Source of the DNA: Callorhinchus milii
Lineage: Eukaryota
Direction: 5' to 3'
DNA length: 64,000 bases
NCBI RefSeq assembly: GCF_018977255.1
Contig: NW_024704742.1
Span: forward strand, 24,244,001 to 24,308,000
Shown: positions 36,001 through 49,189 of the stretch, one piece after another
How positions within the stretch are numbered: the first letter of the stretch is position 1
How the letters are laid out: each line of letters starts with the position of its first letter
The notes under the pieces: generated by a model
Database searches by the model: none
The model's input: only the letters and a program-made list of their open reading frames with translations
What the model was told of the DNA's origin: nothing
Translations under genes and position numbers: made by a program

Positions 36001-37344
36001 GTTCAGAGTAGCCAACAACATACAATCAATACACTTAGGAATAAATCCTGTGAAGTGCTTTGAGACGTCCTCCGATGTGGAAGGCACCAACAGTATCCAA
36101 TGCAAGAATTATTAAGACCTAACATTTTGACCAATTTCCCCTTACAAACTACAAGCATTTTCCTTTTTAATTTCAATCTCCCTTTGAAAAAGTTTTGTTT
36201 AGTTTTGCTTACTTGCTCTGTGTAGTTTGATTTTCAAAACATTACTCATTTACCCTTGACAGAATTATCCTTGAGTGGTGCATCCAGGTTTGTTACAAAC
36301 ACATAGAACTGGAAGGCAGTAAGAAGTGGGTGGAGACTCATGTGGAGTATAAACATGGGCACAGATTAGTTCGGCCAAATGGCCTGTTTCCGGGCTTACA
36401 ATCTATGTAAACGTTTTAACATAACTTGTACTCTTATCGTCCCCTTTGGTAATAGTTACCAGTCTTCCTGAGATTTCTTGCCTATACTGTCCTGGATGAG
36501 ATGGAGTAGAAAGCAAAAGGATTCCTACTTCTCAACCAAGATGGAAAACTCGGAGGAATATGTTGAGACTGAGGAAGCAGTTAGGACTTTGAAAGCACTG
36601 GGGCTAGGTGAAATTATTTGCGTTTGATACAAAGAATTTGGTTGATCTGTGTTGCTTTTTAACCATTCTCTTTGGGACTATGAAATCTGTAGCTAGTAGA
36701 AATTCGTGCGTCCAGAAGATGATCAAAATGTCTGTAACGCTGAGTTGAAAATTAAATCATTTGTAGATTATTGATGGTGCACTGCACTTGTCAAGAAGAC
36801 TGCTGCTGTCTAAATGACTTGGAGTCATTGTAAAATTCACCTGTAAATGTTGCTATTGCTTGGAATACAGGGCATTTCTACCACTTTCCCTATCATTGTC
36901 TGATGAAATATAGTAAACCATGAATAGTCACTCGCTGCTCCATTGAGAATTAATGGTTAGCGACTACTGTATGCCAGACTTACCAAGAGGCAAGTCAGTC
37001 TGAAGGGCAAGAATGTTTGCCGATGTGAATTTATAATTCATTTGCAAAAACAATCATTACTTTACTTACAGACCTAGTCACCCACACCCTGAGGATAGAT
37101 GCCCAAATTTCGACAAGAGGCTGGGTTGGCTTGAGTTCACTTTGTGAAGTTGGAATCTGAAACACGAGATTGTGGTTTTCTGAATATTTGCAAATCTTTC
37201 ACTCTCCCAATTTCACCACTATCAGTTGGAAGGCTTCTCTTAGCTGAAAATCTTTGTAGTGCTGAGGTTGTATATACTGTATCCGGGAAATGAGGTCTGA
37301 TTTAGAAATATTGTCAAAGAACTAAGTATATGAAATCCCAAGCA

Positions 37345-38160
37345 AATTACAACACAAATTTACATTTATATCAGTCGGAGGGATGTCCCAAGGCGCTTAA
37401 CAAAGCTGGCTTGGCACCTGAGCTGGGGGTGGAAGTCTAGGAGCGTTGGGGAGAGTAAAAATGACCAAAAGCGCAGTCAAAGGTAGGTCATGAGACCTTG
37501 AACGAGGTGAGAGAGGGAGTGAGTTGGAAGGACTCTGGGATGGAGTTCCAGCCAGGGGCAGATTGGCTGAAAGCCCAGCTGCCAATGGTGAGGCAGATAG
37601 GACAGGGTACATGAAGCAGGCCAGTGCCCATTGAGCAAAGTAACAGCCAAGCTGGTAGGATTTGAGGAGGTCACAGAGGTAGTGTGAGGCGAGATACTGG
37701 AGAGTTTAAAATTAAGAATGAAGTTCTTAAACTTGATTTGCAGGGGCATGGGGAACCAATGGAACCAGGCGAGGATGGGGGTGATAGGCTCAAGCAGCCT
37801 GGTCCGGGAAAGGACATGAGCTGCATGGTCTGCAGTTTGTGGAGGGAAGAGCTGGGTTGTTGGTGAACAGATCGTGATGTAGTTGAGCCAGGACATCATA
37901 CATGCATGAATGAGGGTCTTGGCGGTACGAGGGGAGAGGTCATGGCAGAGGCGGGTGATCTTTCGTTGATTAGGAATAGCTGGGTGGGTCAGAGCCTGAT
38001 TGTGGGGTTTAAAGACGGTTGGGATTCAAAAGACACCAAGATTTTGCAATAGCTCTGCAAGATGGGGTGTGCATCCACGTAGGTTGATGCTGTTTGGTTT
38101 GGTGTTGGTGCCACAGGTGAGATGGCACTGCGGGGAGCCAAGCAGGAGAGCCCCTGTCAC
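37345..38160 (-). mobile_element. L2 3' fragment, degenerate
   Basis: Reverse frame AAHVLSRTRLLEPITPILAWFHWFPMPLQIKFK plus tail. Confidence 0.85.
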
Positions 38161-38817
38161 GTCAGAAGAGCCTCCCTGGCACCTCCCGACCTCTCCAACC
38201 TGCAAACACCCGCCCCCTTTGCTCTGGCATCCCACATGTCCCGCTTGTCCTCCATACCCATCAGCTGCCGTGCATTCTTTATCATGGTTAGGCTCCCACG
38301 CTAAGTTATCAGGTAAAAGGCACTACATAAGTAAGTGCAAATTATTGTTGCTTTTGAATGGTGGTGGGTGAGGCAGGACGACTCGTGATCAAGTTGTTAC
38401 TGTTACAAGCAGTCCTGTGAGATACTGCTTGTCACACTTGTGTAATAGTGCAGATTACCGATTACAGTTTGATATAGCTAGCTCTAAGTGTTACATATAG
38501 GGAGGGGTTGGTGCTCTGTCCGGCAGTGATATTAGCACACTGAAATGTAGACTTATAATGGGATTTCCCTTTTTCCCTACACATTATCAATATACACTTA
38601 AATGTGCAACAATATGTTGTCCGGCGCTTTGGGACGTCCTCCCGACGTGGCGCTCTATAAATGTAATTTTGTTGTCGTTGTTCAGAGAATTGAGTCTTCG
38701 TTTTCGTAGTTACTCATTGATTCATCTTGTTGTATGTGATGTAAATGGGAACTGTATGTTTTAAGTGGCGTTTTACTAGAAACGTTCAGCATCAGATATT
38801 GAAAGATTAATTATATA

Positions 38818-39190
38818 CAGTAAACCCTTGGCTATCCGGACAGACACCAAGTATCTGGAATTTGGAATTAGCCAAACCAAGTCTGCCATTCAGCACTAAA
38901 AATCCATTCACCTTTTTCAAACTCTCACCGGCCCACTTGATACCCACAGCCTGACACTGATTGGTTTTACCGTGGGCATCAATGGAGCTGCATCACATCA
39001 GTCATGAATACAAAATTATGTTTTTCTTTGTTGATTGTTTATTTTATTTAAAGTAAAGTTTTATTCATTTTAAATGTTAGGGAAGATATATTTTTACTTA
39101 TTTATTTTAAATGTTAAAGGTAAGGATTAGCATTTAGCTGGAAAATCCATCTCGCCTTTCCCCCCTGTCCGGTTAGTTTGGGGTTTAGTG
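38818..39190. mobile_element. Tc1/mariner Tigger(pogo)-like MITE
   Basis: TA|CAGTAAACCCTTGGCTATCCGGACAG ... CTGTCCGGTTAGTTTGGGGTTTAGTG|TA: imperfect ~26-bp TIRs, TA target duplication, non-coding AT-rich core. Confidence 0.75.
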
Positions 39191-39330
39191 TAAATTCTTC
39201 ACTGCTCAACCTTTTGAACTGATACGCAGGTACATCATGTTGCTGATCACGCCTGTTTTTTGATGTTCTTAAGCATTACATTGAATGTTTTCGTGTTCTT
39301 TAACTTTTTGGATTTTTTCCTCTATTTCAG

Positions 39331-39488
39331 GAAGAGTTTGCATACAATGCTGAAACTCAGAAATTGCTGTCTAAAAATGGAGAGACACTTCTTGGAGCAA
39401 TTAATTTTTTCATTGCTAATGTGAATACATTGGTAAACAAAACTATTGAAGATACATTGATATCGGTCAAACAATATGAAAATGCCAG
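39331..39488 (+). CDS. ARFIP1: ARFIP1 coding exon, 158 nt ([53 protein letters not shown])
   Basis: tttcag|GAAGAG...GCCAG|gtaagc; AH domain. Confidence 0.97.
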
Positions 39489-41120
39489 GTAAGCTATTTA
39501 TAGAAATTAAAGCCACGTTTAAAATAGATATCCACTTATAAAGTAGTTTAAGTATTGTAACAACAATTTACAATCCGCAGGGCCTTGTAACCGGGACGTG
39601 AGCTGCAGAGACCTGGATAGTTGTATGTTGTTAATGGATTTAGTAGTTTCTATATTGAAGGGAATATAGTATTTCAATCTTGTGTTCAGTATTTGCATTC
39701 AATGTTTAGCAGTTTAATAAAACTGGGGGAAAAGCACAGATGTATGTTTGTATTCAGTGGAAATGTGTCACAGCCTGGTGTTAGAGGCACTCTCTTCTAT
39801 CACAAAGTATGCACTTTATTCTGCTTCATCAGCAACTCAAAGGCATAATTAAAGCATAATGGATATCGGCATGATTTAATAAAAGGGTTCAAATGACAGA
39901 AAAAAGGGGGAAATTACTGACATTGGGTAATTTATTTACATTTTATGCTCTAACCCAATAAATAATTCCATAAGGCACAATTTAATTAAAGCATTCAAAA
40001 GATAGAAGATTAGGACTTTTGGTATTTGAACTCCATTGATTGCAACCATGTAATCTCATACATTTTTTGTATTGTGCATATTGTGAATAGGGTTTTATTT
40101 AGTTTGCTGTTTTTTTGCTGACATTGAGTAATTCAGACACCACCCAGTGTGTTCCATAGTTGATATACGATTGTCCATCCTGAAAGATTTGTGTAATTTA
40201 ATTGCTCTGAGTTTGGAAAGTGGCAATCAAGTAATTAGTAGAAATAAATCAAAATGCAGCTACATTTTCAACAAATAGGAGCTTTAGGGACATTTCTAAT
40301 TCATGCAACCACATTTTGACGTTCAATGTCAAGGGAAGGTATCCATAATGATCTCTGATATCTAAGTCAGACATTCAAATGCAGTGTAATAACATTAGTG
40401 TTTGTAGTGCTCAGCAAAACATATGACCTGGGTCAAATAGGGTTTTTGTGTAAGGCAGTGTTCATGTTGACTGAGTTCTTGTTTGATTGGTAGTTTCTTT
40501 TAAGTAAAGGTGTTTAGCGATTCGTCATGTTGTCTCAGTACAAGGCTTAATATTGTTAAATGTTTAACTTTCCCATGGTAAAAACATGTACGTTTTTGCT
40601 AAGGGAACCCTGAGAAAAAACTTTCCCTTGTTGTTAAATATAGCATCACCAGTCATCTTCATTTAGAGGACCAAATTGCCAGTATCATTACATTTGACAA
40701 CATAAGGCATGTGACACCTTTATTCCTAAATGATTATATTAGTATCTAAAATTTTAATTTATTTACGTTCTATACTGTAATCCAATAAATAATTCCATAA
40801 TACCTTTGGATAGAAAGACATAAAGGGATGGAGTACTTCAATATCAACCAGCAAAAATAAAGGACTTAGAGTTCTCTATTAAACTTATGTTCTGTACTTT
40901 TAATAGGATATTTTTACTCCCGCTAAAAATTTGGTCTTGCCTTTATAATTTATTTTTTATATATATGTATATATAAAATATGTTCTAGCTTCCTTTCCAA
41001 GAAAACAAGAAAAAACAAAAAAAAGGATAATAGTTGCATGTGTCAGGGTTATCCACCTTTGAGTCTGTCCTGTCCACAAGAGGTGGTGTGCAAGGGAATG
41101 GGAGAGAGCTAAGTGCATTG

Positions 41121-41605
41121 TTTTTGGTTAACCGGGTGTCTCGATACATGCAGAAACCCATCACCATGCTTAAGAGGATCCAAATGAAACAAAGTTCCAT
41201 GCATCCCAACTATACATGAAAATTCCAAGAAATTTGGAATGGAATGCGCACTCTCCCCCTTGAGGGACGTATCCTGCTTACTTAATTCCGGAAAGTATCA
41301 GGCGCAGGTTGGCAAGAGCCAAGGCTTTGGGCACTCCAGAGTGTATATTGTGGTATTGCTATAGTTGAACCAGCTAAAACCGTATAGCTTGCCATTGAGA
41401 ACACTGTCTGGCAAGCTTTCCTGCTGGGTAGCCAGCGAGGACCACTCTCCCCGTTAGGGTTTTGGTTTTCACGGTTAATGGGAGTTAAGTGGGAAGAGTA
41501 TCTGACCCCAGTGACTGGGCTGCCCTTCCAAGTCCTGCCAATTCCAAGATTCTGTTGCCAAGCATGTCACCTAATAGCCAGTTCAGTTCCAAGGAAAACC
41601 GCTTC
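41121..41605 (-). mobile_element. Family X LINE 3' UTR copy, ending ...GACACCCGGTTAACCAAAAA
   Basis: Aligns by eye to 35005-35300, 55450-55828 and 61550-61870. Confidence 0.75.
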
Positions 41606-41789
41606 CTTCCCTCCCCACCCCCAGGAGAATAGGTGTTACCTTGTTGAACTCTACAGTCTCCTTTCAAGTGCCAATAAGATGCATGTATAATCTCCCTCAA
41701 GGCCTTTGGAACCCAGAGTTCGTAAAAGGAATTCAAACTTGTTATCTGGACCATCAAAATGTCTTTGTATGTGGAAAGCTTCAGGTGTT

Positions 41790-41936
41790 AGCTTGGTTCA
41801 GTTGGCAGGACTTTTTAAGCGGGGTATCCTTGGAGCTGAACTGCCTCCAAGGTGACATGCCTTTCAACGGAATGTCGGAATTGACATGGTGATGATGGGT
41901 TTCCGCATGTGTCAAGACACCCGGCTGACCAAAAAA
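41790..41936 (+). mobile_element. Family X 3' UTR copy with internal deletion, ending ...GACACCCGGCTGACCAAAAAA
   Basis: Reverse complement of 41543-41603 joined almost directly to the reverse complement of 41121-41168. Confidence 0.7.
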
Positions 41937-41939
41937 GGT

Positions 41940-42250
41940 TTGGGGTTCAAGCCTCAAGCCAGAATTTTAAACTCTTGTCTTGGTTGACACTCTAAAACAA
42001 TAGTAGGGAGCTGCATTGTTGGAGGTGCCGTCCTTCGACTGAGCCATCAGACTGGAGTCCTCAAATGGACAATAAAGATCCTAAGGCACCAATTAAATTG
42101 TTTATTTATTTCATGGCTGTTTATGGGACATGGCTACGTGCATTTGCTACATTTGCCTGTAAAATACCAGTCACTACACTTACCCGTAAATCAAGTGAAG
42201 CGTTTACGCATCCTCCTAGCCTGAAAGACATAACATCAAATGCAAGGATA
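41940..42250 (+). mobile_element. Deu-type SINE (family B), degenerate
   Basis: ggttcaagcc B-box-like motif, ggaggtgccgtcctt, taaagatcc, tail tcaaatgcaagg. Confidence 0.65.
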
Positions 42251-42782
42251 AAAAGTAAAACCTTATGTGGCTGGATTGAGAGCAGCCATTTTCTTTGAAG
42301 AACAATATGATGTCTGTACTTGCATTAAGACCATGTCATTTTAAGGGAGGAGCAGGAAAGACGATGAGCTTTCTCGGTTATGTATTATGTTATGTTTTGC
42401 ATACCTTCATTCTTGCATTTTATAGGATGTGGTTGGGGCCAATATCACAGATTGCTGGTATAATTGTTCCACTAATGAAGGTCATTGTTGCTAATCAAGT
42501 TGTAGTGACAAGAGCTGGAAGCCCCACTGGTTCAACTTGCATGATAATTGAGAGATTGTCTTTCTCTTAAATTGTGCTGCATTTGAGGCGTTTCTTTGCC
42601 TTTGATTTTTTTAAAAAAGATTTTGCATTATTGTCCGCAACACTTTGTGTTAGAAGTTATTTGGTATTTTTGCACCATGTTCCTTGCCTTTTTTTAGGTT
42701 GATTGCTTATAAAAGTTTTAAATTGCTAAGCTAATTGAGAGGCAATTTTGCATGGTTTACTTTCTTTCATCTTGTGCTCCAG

Positions 42783-42957
42783 GATAGAGTATGATGCTTA
42801 TCGTACCGATCTAGAGGAGCTAAACCTTGGTCCTCGGGATGCCAATACACTTCCAAAAATTGAACATTCACAGCAGCAATTCCAGAGCCACAAAGTGCAG
42901 TTTGACAAGCTACGCAGCAGCGTATCTGTCAAGCTGAAATTTCTGGAAGAAAACAAG
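42783..42957 (+). CDS. ARFIP1: ARFIP1 coding exon, 175 nt ([58 protein letters not shown])
   Basis: ctccag|GATAGAG...AACAAG|gtaagt; AH domain. Confidence 0.97.
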
Positions 42958-44225
42958 GTAAGTTGTAAAAAAAACAGTCTGTGTGTGCTTTTGAAATAGG
43001 AGACTTTAGGACCGAAGGCAATTCTAGGAATTGAACGATTTGCTAGATAAAAAGTTTTTTCTGTAAAATCTCACAACCCTTAATGTATACAAAGGAAGTT
43101 CTTTGAATACCTGTTGCTTTTAAATCCAGTTTCTACAGTGGGTGTGTGGCTCTGTCATTTCAATCGTTGATTGTAGGTGCCCAAGTTCAGTGGTTAATTT
43201 CCTCTAAAAATGGAACCAGTTAGAAAGAAAACAAGTTAAACTTGCTTGCAGTGGAATGAGAAGCCTACATTTTGTGCTGCGTTAGGTAGCACGAACCTGC
43301 TGAATATTTATTAACCTTGTGTAGTGTGGATAGATTTATCTAAATAAGTCACTCTTCACACCAGCATTGTTCAGGTCTTCATTTGATGCCAAGGACAATG
43401 TACATTAATATAATTCATTCTTGTTTCAGAAAGAGCAGATGAAAATTAAGTCAACATTTAATAATCCAGCAAATTTGGTGTCCATGCTCACCCATTATGA
43501 ACAACCCAACATAATTTCTACTCGCTATACAAACAGCTATGGATAAGAAATAAGCACTGAACTAGGTTTTATCTGCACTGTGGTCAAAGTAACTATTTTA
43601 TAGTATCTTGGTAGAATCAGTTAACGATACAACAAAAATTTCATCTGAGGATTTTATTTGATTGCACTAAATCACTAAAAACAAAAGTGAGGTTTATTTG
43701 GTAAGTGGAAGCCTGATCGTGTTGAACACAAAAGTATGATGAGGGTAGGAGGGAGATTTGACCCTTCTGCAAAGCTACCATCTCAGAGATGCCACACCCT
43801 GATTGCTGCCTTTTTTACAAAGAGGGGAGAATGCGCAGAGAGTCCTTGCCTGGGCTATTGTTACACCACTGAGCAGTTAACTTGGATGAGTATTGTTGGA
43901 GTCTTTACAGCAGGTTGTTTCTCTGACCGTGAAAGAAATGACAAAACCATCAAAGGATTTCATTTTAACATGGAGATATTTGATGTTGTCTTAACTCTCT
44001 TGTAAATCCCAGTTTATTTATCACTCTGCCAAAGGCATTGGTTTTCCTTGAGAGGGAGGCTGTGGGGGAGGGAGAAACATAATTATATTTATGCAAGCGT
44101 CTGGAATGTATTGTTATCAGATGTGTGAGAGAATATTGAACTGGTATTTTTCTCACTTTTAAAGAAATACTGTGCTAGCTGCTTTAACTGAATGAGATCT
44201 GAATGTTATAGTGTATCTCTCACAG

Positions 44226-44381
44226 ATTAAAGTGATGCACAATCAGCTCCTCCTCTTCCACAATGCCGTGTCTGCCTACTTTGCTGGGAACCAACAGCAG
44301 CTGGAACAAGTCCTCAAACAATTCCACATTAAGTTGAAGGCACCTGGCTCCGATGGTCCCTCTTGGCTAGAGGAACAATAA
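44226..44381 (+). CDS. ARFIP1: ARFIP1 terminal coding exon ([51 protein letters not shown])
   Basis: cacag|ATTAAA...GAACAATAA; conserved arfaptin C-terminus PSWLEEQ. Confidence 0.97.
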   Translation: MKVMHNQLLLFHNAVSAYFAGNQQQLEQVLKQFHIKLKAPGSDGPSWLEEQ

Positions 44382-45560
44382 CTCCCAAAACCTAAAGAAA
44401 TCATTGAGAAAGTTCTGAGATGTGGTTTGATTTTTGTTTGGAGGGGGGTAAGGGATCAGTAAATATGATTGCGGTCCATGATGTAGCTATTTCGCTCTTT
44501 TGCTAGACATTAATCTGAAAATCTAGATTGAATAGGGTCATTTTATGTAATGGAATCAATCCTCTTTATAAGACCAGGACCTAAGTGAAAAACGATTCAT
44601 TTTTGTACAAAGGTGATGGGGGGATAGTTTGGATACATCGAAGTTCAGTTTTGCACTGAGCAGTTACTGTTACTCGGTTGGGTACCTTTTTGTCACTACA
44701 ATGTAATAATTTGTTTGAAAACATGATTGATGATTTTTGTATAAAACTTGTTTTACAAATGGGGCACCTGCGTTCACAAAGTAAGTGGACCTTTAAGCAA
44801 ATGTGATGGCTTTGCAAAGCAATACAATAGCACCCAAATGAAGCGTGTTTGCTGATCTAAGTGGCTGCTATTAATTTGAATTATCACTCCAAATTGCAGC
44901 AAATACTGTACTTTATTTCTAGGAAGACTGTTGATCAATTTGTCGATTGTGTCAAATAAGATTCTGGGGTGGAGGAAAATGCAAGATTATTACAAAGGGA
45001 TTTAGCAATGATGTGTTAAGATTTGCAAACATTATGGAAACAGAATAATATTGTCCCAGTATATTAACTCGCAAGAATGGCTTGCTTTTCTTTTGATATC
45101 ATTGCTATTTTCTCATAGGTGACATTAAATAATAAAGCCACGTGACAGCCTTATCTCTACAGACTGTGCCTTTAATAATCTGTTCTCCCACTTCATGTCA
45201 GCTATTTCTGAAGTTACTGAAAGTTTTACTGTCAGCTATATCTCCCACTACTTCTTCAAGATGGGGGAAAAAAGGACGCAAGTTTGCGTTAATATTTCTT
45301 TCATACATTTCTGTTATGGGATTTTGTTAATTGTATACGGCTTTAGTGTTTTAATTTGGTCATGCTCACTTTTCTTGCTGATAATGTATTGTCATGCAGT
45401 GATTTTCTTTCCATAAAATGTAAACGTGCTTTGAAATCAATGCTCCTATACATGTATGTGATGTTTGGATTGCTGTTCTGTTTAAGCTTTGTGGCAATTC
45501 CTTCTGCATCCTGTATATCAAACTATATTTAAAATTAAATTAACCTTGTATTTTAATGTA
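44382..45560 (+). other. ARFIP1: Probable ARFIP1 3' UTR
   Basis: Repeat-free AT-rich stretch after the stop. Candidate poly(A) signals: AATAAA 45131-45136, ATTAAA 45534-45539 (followed by a U/GU-rich tract), AATAAA 46142-46147. The true end cannot be determined from sequence. Confidence 0.6.
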
Positions 45561-46524
45561 AAACATAATTGCATTATTTAATGTCTTGGGTTTATTTTTT
45601 TGGATCAGCTGAGTGTCATTTGTTGGTGCTGGTTTGCAACCAAGGTTAATCCCAAGATTGTGCCTCGATATACAAGGTGTTTGCAACAAGCCATGTTTCT
45701 GAATATAATCTATTTTGTTTTGAAAAGAATAACCAGAACATCACTGGAATGAATACACGTGGCTTAATGGAATTGGGCATTCTCCTTTTTCCATTTACTT
45801 AAGATTCATATTCATGTCTTCCCAAAATGGTTCACAGTAAAAAGGCTTTGCACTTGTGGCATTTGCATTAAGTAAAATTGGAATGTCAGCCTGTGGCCCT
45901 GGTAGGTATCTGGTACTGAACTAAAGAAAGATCACACTGTTATAGTTCTGGTACTGAACTTTGCTAAGAACACTTAATGCTATTATTCTGGACATTGTGT
46001 GAAACGGGTTGCTCCTGAAATGGCATTTATTGACACCAATGATTCCTTGAATTTCTTTATTATATACTAACTACTAATTATAGTATACTACTGCTGGGAA
46101 AATAATTCTGGCAAAACCATTCTGACTTGCTTACTAAACAAAATAAATTACATATAATGTGTCATCTCACAGGTTAACAAACTTTCACTGTGGAATCTCA
46201 GAATGTTGCTTTTAAAAAGAAATTGACATTTGTTTCTACTTTTGAGCGGTGCTTTTAAATATTTTTTCACTTCCCAAATTTTACTGGTCTCTTCAAGCTA
46301 TCCACCATTCCCAGGTGAGAGAGCACCTTGCCTTCCAACCTAATATTCTGCCTATGTTGTTCTATAATCGCCAAATTGAGAAATGGATAAGATGAACCAA
46401 GATGACTGTTACTGCTTCCCTTCCATCTGAATCATGTGTTAAACCAATCCCAAGGTAGTTGCATTGGATCTGAAACTTGCGCTTAATTGGAGTTTAGATG
46501 AAGGAAACCCTTTGGCACATTTGT

Positions 46525-46740
46525 CGGCCTGGCTCAGATGGGAACACTCTCACCTCTGAATCAGAAATTTGAAGGTTCAAGCCCCACATTGGGACTTCCA
46601 ACAATACAGCACTCTCCGCTCAGCACTGCACTGAAGTGTTTGCCACCTAGACCGTGTGAGCTCAAAATTCTGACGTGGGGCTTTAACCCATAATCTTCTG
46701 ATGACCGAGCAAAAGTGCTACCAACTGTGCTTGGTTGATA
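46525..46740. mobile_element. Two family-B SINE heads in inverted orientation
   Basis: + head ggcctggctcagatggg...ggttcaagcccc at 46525-46630; - head at 46655-46735. Confidence 0.55.
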
Positions 46741-47009
46741 CATTTTATGTCATGCACCTTGTGTATTTTGTATACGTCCAGAAGGTCCCCTTTGAAATAC
46801 TTTATCAAGGCCAAAGAGCCTTAACTGACCTAATTGTTACTCATTGCTGCACCTTTTTACGTTGATTAACTTCATTGTTCTGCTTTGCTGCTGTGGGCTT
46901 GAGTGGCCCCATTACGTTATGATGTGCACAGTACTCCAGATGTAGTCTGTCCAGAATACAATGCAGATTGAGTGAGATTTATTGGCATTTGGTCCCTTTA
47001 GTCAGTTAC

Positions 47010-48040
47010 CAATCTAAATTAATGATTCAACGTCGACAGGAGAAGTAACAGGTAAAGTAGGTAATGAAATGCATGGGATGTGGTGTATATAGACGTCCAG
47101 AAGGCCTTTGGTAAAATCCCACATTAGAGAATCGCGGCCAAAATCGGAGTCAAGGGAGAGGTAGCAGAATGGATTGAGAGGTAGCTGAAAAACTGAGTTG
47201 TAAAGGAAAGTTTCACAAACTGGCAAAAAGTAGAGGGATCCATGCTAAAACCACTACTGTTATCATGTACCTAAATAATTTGGCTTCGGTTATTACAAGT
47301 TATGGTGTTGAAATCGGGAAATGGCACCAAACTGGGAATTGAGTTCAAAAGGGGAATGCAGAAAGATGTAGGAAGACATAAATAGACTTGCAGAATGGAC
47401 GGATAGGTGGCAGGTGAAATTTAGTAGGGAAATGTGAAGTAATTCACTTTGGTAGGAAGAATAAAGATACCAACCATCCCTGGCTGGTAGGAATCTCAGA
47501 GGAGTAAAAACAGAGATCTCAGAATTCAGATTCACACAACTTTAATGTAGCAGCACAAGTGGACAAGGCTAGCATTGTAGCATTGGAGTGAGCACAGTGT
47601 AAATTTAGAAGGATGTTACGAGCATTGAGTGGATGCAGCTATCAAGAAAGATTGGAAAGATTGGAGCTTTTCTCTCTGGAGTTTACGATTGAAAGGATGG
47701 ACACATGATAAGGGTTTAAACCTATAAAAGGATTTGTTAAGGTGGAATTTCATGAGCTGTTTCCACTTGAGTACACAATGAGAGGGTATAAATATAAGAA
47801 AGCTAGTGATGGATCTAATGGGTAGTTTAGGAGCAACTTCTTCAAACAGAAGATGGTGAGATGTGGAACTTGCTGCTGAAAGCTGTGCTTAAAACAAACA
47901 ACCAGAAATACATTAAACAGAAAACTTGATGCAAATATGAGGGATAGTGGAATAGGAGGAATTGTGGCTAATGTGAATATGAACACTGGAATGGACTTTT
48001 AGGGCTAAATGGCCTGTCTCTGTGTGTAATTCTACATCAC
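47010..48040 (+). mobile_element. Degenerate CR1 LINE (RT C-terminus and 3' UTR)
   Basis: gacataaatagacttgcagaatgg...tggcaggtgaaattt; tail gggctaaatggcctgtctctgtg. Confidence 0.75.
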
Positions 48041-48364
48041 TCTTTTACTCTCCAAGGTAAGTACTTTTTCACAGTAATGTGGTGATTGACATTTGTTCTG
48101 CTTAATTGGAGATTTTAGTCTTAAAGGACTAAGTTTTTTTCAGTGAAGTTTTTAATGTGAAGTATTTTATCACAAGGAATTTGAGCTTGCATACTGGTGG
48201 AGGAGAGATGAAAGTGGAACCTGAAAGGGTTGTTTAAATTAGTCAACAGTGAAAAAGAATGGTGTATTTATCAAGGCTTTTAGTTCACCCTTGTTTGAGG
48301 TAGCTTGAAGGAAGCACAATGTTAATTCTGTAATTAACAGACATGCATTTGGTCTCATTGTTAC

Positions 48365-48560
48365 TTTAGATTGCAGGAGTCCAATGTCCTGGCCTCAACC
48401 ACCATTCCTGGTAACATGGTCCAGTTGTTGATTACCTTCTGTGTAAAGAAATGTCTCCAGATGTCTGTCCTGAAATTGTCCTTCGCAACCTTGAACCTGC
48501 GACCCCTGGGCTGCTGCCTTGAAAGTATCTGAAAAATATTGTTCCTCATTGATGGTACCC
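48365..48560 (-). mobile_element. CR1 3' ORF fragment
   Basis: Reverse frame RGRRFKVAKDNFRTDIWRHFFTQKVINNWTMLPGMVVEA. Confidence 0.75.
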
Positions 48561-48899
48561 TCCCAATCTGAAATGGTACAATCTTCCACCCATTTTTGTG
48601 GATGAAAAAAACAACTTGAATTTATACAATTTCCTTCAAAACAACTTGTTACCATGACTGTAACAGGATGTCAGGTTGGAAATGACTCGAGAACTGACAG
48701 CGGCGTAGGTAATTTTCAAGATAGTCAGTGTAAATGATGCCGTGTGATTAGTAGCATTTGTGGTATACTTTTGAACTGTTCATTTTTCCCTGCCACAGTC
48801 AGCCTGGCTACCAATTTATTAGCTCGCTATAATAGAGTGGTTGTCCATAAGTAGTCATTTGGGAGATTACACCACCATTTGAATAGATCAAATGGAATT

Positions 48900-49140
48900 A
48901 TCCCGGGTTTGAATCTTGGCGTGTGCTGTGTCAACTAATCTCAGAGGCGAGAGGGTGGGCGTGGGGGTGCTTCAGTTGGTCACAATGTTATGGGAGAGGG
49001 ATAATCAGATTGCAGCTCCTGATGACTCTTCAGTGAGCCCTGAGAGTAAATGTGTACACATGGGTGTCAGATAAACATTAACCGACCTCCACCATGATGC
49101 CCTGTTGTTCAATAGTATGCATCTGACATGAGATTACACA
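48900..49140 (+). mobile_element. AmnSINE2-like SINE, degenerate
   Basis: cccgggtttgaatc...tgtgctgtgtcaactaatctcag...gctcctgat. Confidence 0.55.
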
Positions 49141-49189
49141 GGAAAAACAAGATGCCAGAATACATGTATATATGCATGAATATAATTAT

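Larger units (their letters stand above)
13556..44381 (+). other. ARFIP1: Arfaptin-1 gene, 5'-partial (7 coding exons; N-terminal exon not found in window)
   Basis: Seven exons with canonical AG/GT boundaries join in frame (1029 nt including stop). The product matches vertebrate arfaptin-1 and its AH/BAR domain. Exon sizes match my recollection of human ARFIP1. Confidence 0.96.

Noticed and set aside
41121..41936. TIR DNA transposon or DIRS-like element
   Set aside because: The apparent TIRs are the A-tailed 3' termini of family X, which occur singly elsewhere (55828, 61550). No transposase or recombinase frame and no clear TSD.
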